From a virus, in the IMG/VR virus record IMGVR_UViG_3300030109_006161, positions 32,001-96,000 of that record: DNA of 64,000 bases; one strand, written 5' to 3'. Below, piece after piece: positions 21,151 to 29,559 of the stretch. The position numbers were made by a program, and so were the translations under genes. The first letter of the stretch is position 1. Each line of letters starts with the position of its first letter. The notes beneath the pieces were generated by a model. That model was not told where the DNA came from, ran no database searches, and was given only the letters and a program-made list of their open reading frames with translations.

Positions 21151-22764
21151 CTACAACCTGTCATATTTTTGCTTTTTTCTTATTTCAAGCATGTATTCAT
21201 ATTGTTTTTGTGCCTTTGTTTTATTGACAGCATTTGGATTAGTTACATTATACACATAAGTAACCTCGGGAACAAATTTAGACCTAGAGCCTGCCATTTC
21301 TAACATAGGTAACATCATAACTTGATCGTATGATATTTCGTAAAAGTTTCCTTCTTTATTGATTAGATCTTCTTTTTTTACTTTATCCCACAAAGAAAAT
21401 TTAAAGGTCTTAAGGTGTGATGCCCGCCACTTATCGGATCTAAAATTATTGTTTTCGATTATTTCTTGGGGATATTCACTAGCCTCTTCTCCGATACCTC
21501 CGTCTGGGAATCTAGCAAAACTACCATAAGTCATCAAACAATCAGAGTTTTTGTAATAGTGGTTTAGTTGTGATAATACATTACAATTTGGAAACCAATC
21601 ATCACCGTCTAAAACAACTATTACATCTTCTGGTGAGGGTTTTGACTCTAGGATTGTATCATATATGTTTTTTAATGCATATTTTTTATTAGAGCACTTC
21701 ACAACACTAAACTTGTCGCCGGTTGTAAATCTTTCCGCAACTTGAAATGTATTGTCGGTAGACATATCGTCAGAAACATAACATTCATAATTTTCATACT
21801 TCTGATCTTGAACGCTTTCGATTGTTCTTGAGATCCAGTTTTCAGAATTATAAACAGGAACAATAATCTTAAATCTTGTATCTTCTGGCTCTTGGTGTAT
21901 TTGTGGGACTTTGCTTCCCATATGCTTATATGTTTCACTCCAGAAAATATCCGCCCTGGTCTGGAGGTACTCTAATGCATGTTCTCTTGAGCCAGTAAAC
22001 CAGTCTTCATTTTTGTGTTGTACATTATCATTGAGTATAAGCTCGCAACCAAGTAATTTTGCCTCAATAACTGTTCTCGGACATGTGTCGGAACCCTCTG
22101 GTAGGAAAATAAATCCTTTTGCTTTTGCAAACTTTTTCAACATCGCAGAGTACTCTACCCCTGAGAAGGTTTCATATGGTATTTCTTTCTGTATAGCATA
22201 TTCTACTGCCTTATTTGATCCTTTAACCCATGAGGGAGAGTCTTGAATCAGCCAAACATTATCTTTTTCATTTTGATCCAAAGAGTTTATATATTCAATA
22301 GTTTGATTATTAAATACAGAACTTAGAACACGAGTTGTTGGCTTTTCAAGAAAGGGGAACAAATCGTAATAGATTTGTCTTTGTGCTGCGGACATAAACC
22401 AAAGGTTGTTTGCTTTTGCGAAAAATATTGAAAATAGTTTTCCCCTTTGGCTGTTTTGACAATCACATTTACCCTCGCTAGCTATATGTTTTTCTGGCAA
22501 TCTATAAGAGCAAAACTTATAATCATATTCTATGACTGTATAGTTTAGATTTTTGCACGCATAAAGAATAATATCATTAGGTAACCCAGCACAGTTGCCA
22601 AATATCCAGTATTTATCCTGATGTTCGTCTATAATTTGCTTTGTTACTTTTTGAGAATGAACTGTCAATACAGGTATTTTTGTTGCATCAATAATTGCCT
22701 GAGTTGTTAGCTCACCTCCGCCCACGTAATCTTGGACGAAAAGGTCTTGGACAAAAACTATCAT
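21151..22764 (-). CDS. Bifunctional glycosyltransferase (GT-B N-terminal + GT2 C-terminal)
   Basis: DTCPRTVIEAKLLGC followed by IIVPVYN, DDMSTD, LDGDD. Confidence 0.85.
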   Translation of the reverse strand: MIVFVQDLFVQDYVGGGELTTQAIIDATKIPVLTVHSQKVTKQIIDEHQDKYWIFGNCAGLPNDIILYACKNLNYTVIEYDYKFCSYRLPEKHIASEGKCDCQNSQRGKLFSIFFAKANNLWFMSAAQRQIYYDLFPFLEKPTTRVLSSVFNNQTIEYINSLDQNEKDNVWLIQDSPSWVKGSNKAVEYAIQKEIPYETFSGVEYSAMLKKFAKAKGFIFLPEGSDTCPRTVIEAKLLGCELILNDNVQHKNEDWFTGSREHALEYLQTRADIFWSETYKHMGSKVPQIHQEPEDTRFKIIVPVYNSENWISRTIESVQDQKYENYECYVSDDMSTDNTFQVAERFTTGDKFSVVKCSNKKYALKNIYDTILESKPSPEDVIVVLDGDDWFPNCNVLSQLNHYYKNSDCLMTYGSFARFPDGGIGEEASEYPQEIIENNNFRSDKWRASHLKTFKFSLWDKVKKEDLINKEGNFYEISYDQVMMLPMLEMAGSRSKFVPEVTYVYNVTNPNAVNKTKAQKQYEYMLEIRKKQKYDRL

Positions 22765-22766
22765 CC

Positions 22767-24038
22767 CTAGCCCTCTTGACTTAGGGATGCAAACATATTA
22801 TTTATCTCTTCGTCGTCTTTTGATGTGTCAATATATGGATCGAAAACATCCAAGTATTTATTACAGATTATATCTTCACTAAAATTATGTTTCAGGTGTT
22901 CCTTTAGACCTTCAGCACGAACATTGCGGTAATTTAGACCGTTATACATTTCTCGGAGTCTTTTTTTGTAACTTTCTTCTTCAGGATAACACCATTGAGC
23001 TTCCTTAGATATGACCCCTTCCCAAACAACTTCGGGTTGAACTGGTCCAATACCAAATTTGATCTTTTCAAATAAAGGTGTATCTTTTACTTTCCCTGAT
23101 TTTTCATTTTTTACTGGCGCATAAAGGAAATCATTTTGTCCCGACCAAGCTGGGGCAATAACAGGAAGTCCAGAATAAGCAGCTTCAAAAATTGGTAAAC
23201 CAAATCCTTCACCATGCGTTGTTGTTACATATGCCTTAATTTTAGGGTGCGTATACAGTCCGTGCATTTCTTCAGCAGTCATATCTCCGTGGATGAAATA
23301 TACTTTACACTTTCTATCTGATCCATACGATGCTAAAGTTAGCTCAATATGTCTTGCTAGTTTTTTTCTATCGATAAGCGACATATTCATCTGATGACTT
23401 TTAATTACCAAGCCAACGTCTTCATTGTGCTTGAACTCATCTACAAACCACTTAATACTAGCTACAATATTTTTTCTTGGACCCCACTGAGCAACAGTAA
23501 GGAAATTAAAATTACTCGAAATATCAATTTTGTCTGACATATCCACTGGCTCTAAATTCTTCACAGGATAACCAATAACTTCTACTGGGGTCTGACATTT
23601 TAGCAAATGAGTAGCACCAGTATTCTGATCTTGTACATGGTATTCAGTTCCTTCAAAAACATTTTTACTATGATTAGAGATAACAACAATTTTATCCATA
23701 AGGTTTGCTTGTTGTAGCCAAACTGGATCGACTCTATCAACTTCAATCCCGGCAGTAACTCCAATATTCACTTGTGCTAATCTTTTCCATTCATTTGGAA
23801 TAGTAACTTGAATAGATAAGTCAAAATGAGGTGGAGGCGAGGACATTTTATCCATGTCTTCTTTGAGATAGGGTCCTATTTTTTCAGGCTGCATGATCCA
23901 CGAACTTTGTCCCCACTCCAAAGGCTGTACACAAACATTAATGGATGAATTTCTTTTAAGTGACTTATAAACAAGTCTTGCATGTTCCCCATATCCACTT
24001 CTGGATAAAATTGGTGCTGTTAGTAATACGTTTTTCAT
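22767..24038 (-). CDS. Glycosyltransferase family 4
   Basis: SGYG, PRKN, GEGFGLPIFEAAYSGLP. Confidence 0.9.
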   Translation of the reverse strand: MKNVLLTAPILSRSGYGEHARLVYKSLKRNSSINVCVQPLEWGQSSWIMQPEKIGPYLKEDMDKMSSPPPHFDLSIQVTIPNEWKRLAQVNIGVTAGIEVDRVDPVWLQQANLMDKIVVISNHSKNVFEGTEYHVQDQNTGATHLLKCQTPVEVIGYPVKNLEPVDMSDKIDISSNFNFLTVAQWGPRKNIVASIKWFVDEFKHNEDVGLVIKSHQMNMSLIDRKKLARHIELTLASYGSDRKCKVYFIHGDMTAEEMHGLYTHPKIKAYVTTTHGEGFGLPIFEAAYSGLPVIAPAWSGQNDFLYAPVKNEKSGKVKDTPLFEKIKFGIGPVQPEVVWEGVISKEAQWCYPEEESYKKRLREMYNGLNYRNVRAEGLKEHLKHNFSEDIICNKYLDVFDPYIDTSKDDEEINNMFASLSQEG

Positions 24039-25309
24039 TTTATTTCAATTGTCTCCCAACGGGTATAATTTTTTCGGCTATCCCAAGACCCTAAGCGATG
24101 GTGTAAATCTTGTAGATAATCAACCCAAAACTTTTGATAACTTTCAAATGCGTAGTTTTTCTCAACATGTTGTCGTCCGGCTTTACCTAAATTATCACGT
24201 TCTTCTGGTGTCATTTTGTAAATCTTCTCAAGGGCGTCAGCAACATCTTTTTCACAAGTCCTGTCTTCAAAAATATAAGGAACATGCTGCGAGCCAATAA
24301 TAGCTTTAGAACAAGGCTCAATACCTACTCCAAACCAATTTTCTCCATCAGTTACTTGCTCTTGCAGTCCGCCAGTCATAGTATTGACTACAGGAGTTTC
24401 TGTCGATAAAGATTCCAAAGAACTTAATCCAAAGCCCTCGGCATCAGCAATATTTATAGTGCAGTCTGCCAAATTATACAACAGAGCTAAATCAGGTGCA
24501 GCTAGTTTTTGTCTGGAGAATTTTATCTGCCCCTGGTCGCATCCAACTGTTGCTGCTAGATATTCTAATGGTTGTCCGTGAGGATCGTTTGTGTCTGTAT
24601 GCATAATAAGACATGCTTTATCATGTCCTACTCGATCAAGAAATGCCTTAAACCAATATACTAATGATCCGCTTTGCTTTCGTCGTGCATTGCGATTATT
24701 CCAGAAGAAAATAAATTTATCCTCCAGGTTCATGTTCTTTTTCATTTCAGAAATTTTTGTGAGACTTTCTTTGTCAGTTACTTTCTTGAATATATCTGGG
24801 TCAACTGCGTGTGGTAAGTAAACTTCCTCAGTTGTTGGCGATGCTTTCTGAACGCATTGACTAGTAACTTTAGAAATTGTAACAATAGCATCTGTACTTA
24901 GATAATATGGTGCATTGAATTCTGGAGTGGGAAAGTTATCCCACACATGATAATAAACCATTGGTACAACTTGTCTGATTTCAGATTCCATTTGCCATAA
25001 CCAGTCATAAAATCTAGGATCGGTCATGAACCAGATTAGGTCAGGTTTTTCTGATAGTATGGCGCTTCTTATTTGATTTGGCGTACCATAAGCATCCACG
25101 GGAATAATCTTCCAAGAAGAGCCATATTTTTCTAGTCCATGCTCTATTACACTGTAATCTTTATGTTTGATTGCTCCCGCAAAAGATACAACTTCAAATT
25201 TACCACTCTCTAGTAATGCTTCGATCATATATTTTGTCTGAGTAGCTACACCCGATGGTAATAAGGGGTGGTCGCTTAGTGTAAGGATTTTTATCTTCTT
25301 ATCGGACAT
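24035..25309 (-). CDS. Glycosyltransferase family 4
   Basis: NRNARRK, EGFGLSSLESL, TGGLQEQ. Confidence 0.9.
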   Translation of the reverse strand: MSDKKIKILTLSDHPLLPSGVATQTKYMIEALLESGKFEVVSFAGAIKHKDYSVIEHGLEKYGSSWKIIPVDAYGTPNQIRSAILSEKPDLIWFMTDPRFYDWLWQMESEIRQVVPMVYYHVWDNFPTPEFNAPYYLSTDAIVTISKVTSQCVQKASPTTEEVYLPHAVDPDIFKKVTDKESLTKISEMKKNMNLEDKFIFFWNNRNARRKQSGSLVYWFKAFLDRVGHDKACLIMHTDTNDPHGQPLEYLAATVGCDQGQIKFSRQKLAAPDLALLYNLADCTINIADAEGFGLSSLESLSTETPVVNTMTGGLQEQVTDGENWFGVGIEPCSKAIIGSQHVPYIFEDRTCEKDVADALEKIYKMTPEERDNLGKAGRQHVEKNYAFESYQKFWVDYLQDLHHRLGSWDSRKNYTRWETIEIK

Positions 25310-25320
25310 GTTTGTTTTTC

Positions 25321-26160
25321 CTAATTGCAATATTCTGACCTATAAAATTCACATACACCTGGGCGGTGTTTGCAACTAGTACAGGAGTTTCTATTCTTAA
25401 TATAACGTTCATTTGTGATATTGTATAGAGCAGTTGTCAAAGATTTTAGTGCGTCGGTTGTTCTTTTTTTCGCTGCTGTAACTCTTACAAATTCAACTTT
25501 TTTACCTGGTTTTGCAGTTCTTTTCAAAAGAACAAAATGGCAGTCAAGATCATCTGGGCTTACGTCGTACTTTTGAGAATAAAAATGTTTATACATCACA
25601 AGTTGATAAGCCATTGTTTTATCACTTTTCTTTTCTCGTCGCCAACCCCAAGAACAAGTTTTCCAATCAATCAAGTGAACCTTTTCATCTTTATTTGAAT
25701 GAACTACAAGATCAATAAAGCCCTTAAAGTTTTTCTTTGCATCCTTGAATTCAGTAATAGGCTCATAAAGAAATTCTTCAGCAGCCAATACGTGCCAGTC
25801 CTCGCCAAGCTTTCCAAATTTTTCTACTAGAGAGCGATAAAGGTCGGGAATAATTTCAATACCGTGTGCTAGCCACTCTTGCAAATCAAAATCGTTAGCT
25901 GCTCGTTGTTGTTCTAGTTCTGGCAGTGCTTTTAGTTCTTTTACAAACTGTTGCTTCAGCAGATTGATTATTTTTTCTTGAGACCTATATTGTTCAGTCT
26001 TTGTGAGAGTTTCCTCACATAAGGTATGTAAAGCTTTACCAAAGGCAGTATAAATATTTCCTTCAAACTTATTGATCTTATCGATATAGGTAAGTTTATG
26101 ATAGTGCGGGCAAATAAGCCAATTCTTCCACTCTGAATAAGAGATATGTTTTCCAGCCAA
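25321..26160 (-). CDS. PD-(D/E)XK nuclease, Cas4/AddB-like
   Basis: CP...GKALH, E..GFIDL, IDWKT, QL..Y, C-terminal CxxC...C (Fe-S ligands). Confidence 0.85.
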   Translation of the reverse strand: MAGKHISYSEWKNWLICPHYHKLTYIDKINKFEGNIYTAFGKALHTLCEETLTKTEQYRSQEKIINLLKQQFVKELKALPELEQQRAANDFDLQEWLAHGIEIIPDLYRSLVEKFGKLGEDWHVLAAEEFLYEPITEFKDAKKNFKGFIDLVVHSNKDEKVHLIDWKTCSWGWRREKKSDKTMAYQLVMYKHFYSQKYDVSPDDLDCHFVLLKRTAKPGKKVEFVRVTAAKKRTTDALKSLTTALYNITNERYIKNRNSCTSCKHRPGVCEFYRSEYCN

Positions 26161-26175
26161 AGTTTCGTCGCTTTC

Positions 26176-26835
26176 TTAGTTGTTGACGAGTTCATCAATC
26201 TTGTTATATAGTTCGGGACTAATTTTCTTTAGTTTTTGCTTGCTTCCTAAAAAATACTCTTCGAATCCAGTTCCAAAATATTCACGGAGAGAAACAGATG
26301 CATAAGGTCTTATATACATACCAGATGTAATCATTTTAAGCAAGTTTCCTCCAACCCTTTTGTATAAAAAGACATCAAAATTACGGTCATACTCAAGATT
26401 CATGAAATTATATTCTTTAGTCCAGTATCCTTCAGATCTTAATTCAAATTCTAGCTCCGCTCGTTTTTTGAGGAACTCCTTTTTGATTTTCTCATCTGCG
26501 TATATCTCTTCAGGGTACAGCATTTCTACATGATGTGCGAACTCATGAATTATATCATCGATAATATCAGCGGCATTATCTTGTTTGTTGGTAATATAAA
26601 AGATACCATTATCGTATAATGCATTAGCATCTTTCTTATCAAATATAGGAATATGTTCTATTCGAATTTGATTTAGAGATCTAAAGAACTTTGATGGTAA
26701 TAATTTTTCTACAGAAGATAAAACACTTTGGAGATCTATATTATCCGGACAGGGGTCAACCTCAACAACATCTACCCCAGCAAAATTAAAATACTTGGGC
26801 GTATTGTTTACTCTTTCAAATATATAATCTCTCAT
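26176..26835 (-). CDS. Putative zincin-like metallopeptidase
   Basis: HEFAHH and downstream REYF third-ligand motif. Confidence 0.6.
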   Translation of the reverse strand: MRDYIFERVNNTPKYFNFAGVDVVEVDPCPDNIDLQSVLSSVEKLLPSKFFRSLNQIRIEHIPIFDKKDANALYDNGIFYITNKQDNAADIIDDIIHEFAHHVEMLYPEEIYADEKIKKEFLKKRAELEFELRSEGYWTKEYNFMNLEYDRNFDVFLYKRVGGNLLKMITSGMYIRPYASVSLREYFGTGFEEYFLGSKQKLKKISPELYNKIDELVNN

Positions 26836-28136
26836 AGAATTTCCGAAGCTAAGGTTGCTAATTTAGATCTTTCGCCTTTAACTAGTGTCACATGACCCGC
26901 AATATCATATTGTTTGAATTTTTCAACAGCATGAGTAAGACCGTTTGAAACTGAATCAACATAAGAGTTATCAATTTGTTGGATATCTCCAGTAAGCACT
27001 AATTTAGTTCCATGACCTACCCTTGTTATTATAGTCTTTAATTCGTGGGCTGTTAAGTTCTGAGCTTCGTCTACAATCAAGAAAGCATTGGAAATTGAGC
27101 GACCTCTAATGTATGTCATAGCTTCTATTTCAATGGTTCCTTGTTCTATTTGCATATCTAAAGCACCACGGTCGCCAAACAGTTGTTCTAAGTTGTCTCT
27201 AATAGGGGCAATCCACGGCATCATTTTTTCTTCTAAAGTTCCCGGCAAAAATCCGATATCTCTACCCATGGGTTGAACTGGACGAGTTATAATCAATTTA
27301 TCATATCCACCTTTTGCACTAGTGGTATTCATAACTTGCTCCAAGGCGCAAGCTGTGGCTAATAATGTTTTACCAGTTCCTGCTGGTCCTGTCAAGGAAA
27401 GAACATGTATATCTTTATCGAATAAGAGATCCATTGCATATTGCTGTTCTTTGTTGTTCGCTGATAAACCCCATATGTTTTTGTATTTGTTTATCTTTCG
27501 AAGAGGTTTATCATAGTCCATAAAACGACAGATTGCTGACTTACTTGTACCTTCATTTTTTAATATAAGGTATTGGTTTGGGTAAAGTTTTGTTCCTTGT
27601 TGTGGTAATAATGTTTCTTTACCGGTATAAAATTGATCTATAAGGCTAAACTCTACCTCTACTTCTTGAGTTCCGTCAAATAAATTCTCTATAGAGTTAA
27701 TTACTTTCTCAGGTTGGTAGTCGTAACATTCTATACCGTGGGCGTCGCACTTTACTCTCATATTGAGATCACGAGACACAACAATAACTTCTTTGCCTTC
27801 ATCAATTAATCGGAGAGCAACAGCTATAATTTTATTATCAGCATCATTGTTATCTACCCCAGGAGGCATGTATTTTTCATCAAAATGTGCCGCTATTACT
27901 CTGCCTTTGCCTCTTCCTAAAGGAGCACCGGTAAGTAAACTACCTTTAGAACGAAGTGAGTCTAAAACTCTATTCATAGTTCTAGCGTTTAAGCCAGCAG
28001 TATCCTGCCTGTGTTTATGACGATCAATCTCATCTAAAACTATAGTTGGTATTGCGATATCGTTTTTACCAAAAGCTAATATGGAACCTGCCTCCGTGAG
28101 GTATACATTCGTATCTAAAATGATGGTTTTTTTCAT
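26832..28136 (-). CDS. phoH: PhoH-family ATPase with N-terminal PIN domain
   Basis: ILDTNV..D.N.R PIN motifs; GPAGTGKT, GFLPG, RGRS, DEAQN, GDIQQID. Confidence 0.95.
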   Translation of the reverse strand: MKKTIILDTNVYLTEAGSILAFGKNDIAIPTIVLDEIDRHKHRQDTAGLNARTMNRVLDSLRSKGSLLTGAPLGRGKGRVIAAHFDEKYMPPGVDNNDADNKIIAVALRLIDEGKEVIVVSRDLNMRVKCDAHGIECYDYQPEKVINSIENLFDGTQEVEVEFSLIDQFYTGKETLLPQQGTKLYPNQYLILKNEGTSKSAICRFMDYDKPLRKINKYKNIWGLSANNKEQQYAMDLLFDKDIHVLSLTGPAGTGKTLLATACALEQVMNTTSAKGGYDKLIITRPVQPMGRDIGFLPGTLEEKMMPWIAPIRDNLEQLFGDRGALDMQIEQGTIEIEAMTYIRGRSISNAFLIVDEAQNLTAHELKTIITRVGHGTKLVLTGDIQQIDNSYVDSVSNGLTHAVEKFKQYDIAGHVTLVKGERSKLATLASEIL

Positions 28137-28195
28137 ATTTTCCCTGAAATAAGTGGGTTTATATAATTAGTTTGGTCGGTATACTTAAAGGTAAT

Positions 28196-28218
28196 AAAAA
28201 AGCCGCCCGGAGGCGGCT
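28196..28218 (-). terminator. Rho-independent terminator after tmRNA
   Basis: AGCCGCC-TCCG-GGCGGCT hairpin followed by TTTTT on the minus strand. Confidence 0.85.
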
Positions 28219-28540
28219 GGTGGAGGTAGGGAGAATCGAACTCCCGTCTTGTCTAGTTCCATAGAAGGGTCATTCACAAGGTTAGGTCTGTTTTTTTCGT
28301 CAGACAGCCCGCTTGACTAGATCATCTTATTATGGCTGAGATAATCAAAAGCACTTAGAAGACAAAATACGGCTTTCTGTTTTTTGGCTGCCGTCGCCTC
28401 AAGTCAAGTCAGGTTATTAAGCTGCTTGTGCTAGTTGAAAATCGTCGTTTGCGATTAAAAGTTAAGCGTTTTTAGTGAGCCACGCTTCCCTCACCCTTGC
28501 ACCTTTTCTACTTCCCCATCAGTCGATACCGGTTACCCCC
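28218..28540 (-). ncRNA. ssrA: tmRNA, tag peptide (A)NDDFQLAQAA
   Basis: 5' GGGGGTA pairs with 3' TACCTCC-ACCA (G3.U wobble); T-arm GGGAGTTCGATTCTCCC; tag frame 28452-28414 GCA AAC GAC GAT TTT CAA CTA GCA CAA GCA GCT TAA TAA. Confidence 0.96.
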
Positions 28541-28550
28541 TTGTATAATA

Positions 28551-28579
28551 GTTATACACTATAACGAATTACTTGTCAA
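28551..28579 (-). promoter_or_regulatory. Sigma70-type promoter of tmRNA
   Basis: TTGACA-17 nt-TATAAC ending 10 nt upstream of the mature 5' end. Confidence 0.8.
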
Positions 28580-28595
28580 TTTATTCTTACATAAG

Positions 28596-28725
28596 TATTA
28601 TAGCCGGCTGTTAACAGCTTAGCTGTAAAGGCTGTTAAGAATTAAAAAATAGTTAAAAGTAGTTAAAACAGTTAAGGCTGTTAAAGCTTGCAAGCTATTA
28701 TAACCAACTCTGACAAACCGTTAAG
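28596..28725. repeat. Non-coding GTTAA repeat array with palindromes
   Basis: GTTAA at 28610, 28634, 28652, 28662, 28671, 28680, 28720; palindromes GCTGTTAACAGC and AGCTTGCAAGCT. Confidence 0.65.
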
Positions 28726-28730
28726 GGTAT

Positions 28731-29549
28731 TTATGAAAATAAATCTAATTCTTCTGAATCTGATTCCTGATTATCATCCGAAGGTTCTGGTTCTCCTACG
28801 TTTCCTAGGTCTTCTTCTCCAGACTGCTCTTCTTCGTACTCATCGGTAGTAACGTCTGGTAAGTCTGATTGAAGTTCATCTTCGAACTTGTCAAAATAAA
28901 GAAGCATGTTTGTAATTAGGTAATCATAAAAGACATCTTTATCTTCTTCATCTGCCAACATATCATAAGCATCAACAATTTGTTTCTCTACAGCCTTAAA
29001 GGTAACTGAGGCAAAGTTTCTACCGGTTTCATTTTGGTCTTCAATTTTTACAAAAGGTTCGTCACCATCCTCTGCGCCTTCAATGTCAATAAATTCACCC
29101 TCTACAGATTGTTCTTCTTTTCCATCTGATTGTGGATCTAAATCAATTGATATCTTTTCTAATAAAGTGTCAGAATCTACTGTATATTCAATATCTTCAG
29201 TTGCGACTGCTTGTTCGCCCTGGTTTTGTGATTCAATAGGTCTCAATGTGTTTTCTATGGCATGAACTATATGATTACGAAATGATGTACGTTGCTCTTT
29301 AGAGGTAGTAAGCATTTTATAATCATCTTCTACGATAGGAATTATTTTCTCCAACAAATCAGCAAGAACATTAATGCCAGTGCTTCGACTAGCTTCATCA
29401 GTACCTGTCTCAGCTTCGATTAATTGACGAACTACTTTTCGAATCTTTTCTTCGGCAAGTCTTTGTTGTTCTAGCTTTACAGCTATTCTTTTACGAACGT
29501 GTTCTCTGATAAGTTCTTCAGCAATTAGTTGGTTTCGATCAATAGTCAT
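28731..29549 (-). CDS. Hypothetical acidic protein (possible head/internal protein)
   Basis: Acidic C-terminus; N-terminal LIAEELIRE motif. Confidence 0.6.
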   Translation of the reverse strand: MTIDRNQLIAEELIREHVRKRIAVKLEQQRLAEEKIRKVVRQLIEAETGTDEASRSTGINVLADLLEKIIPIVEDDYKMLTTSKEQRTSFRNHIVHAIENTLRPIESQNQGEQAVATEDIEYTVDSDTLLEKISIDLDPQSDGKEEQSVEGEFIDIEGAEDGDEPFVKIEDQNETGRNFASVTFKAVEKQIVDAYDMLADEEDKDVFYDYLITNMLLYFDKFEDELQSDLPDVTTDEYEEEQSGEEDLGNVGEPEPSDDNQESDSEELDLFS

Positions 29550-29559
29550 GGTATTATAA

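Noticed and set aside
25321-26160. CRISPR-Cas locus suggested by the Cas4-like nuclease
   Set aside because: No repeat-spacer array or other cas genes seen; solo Cas4/AddB-like nucleases are common in phages
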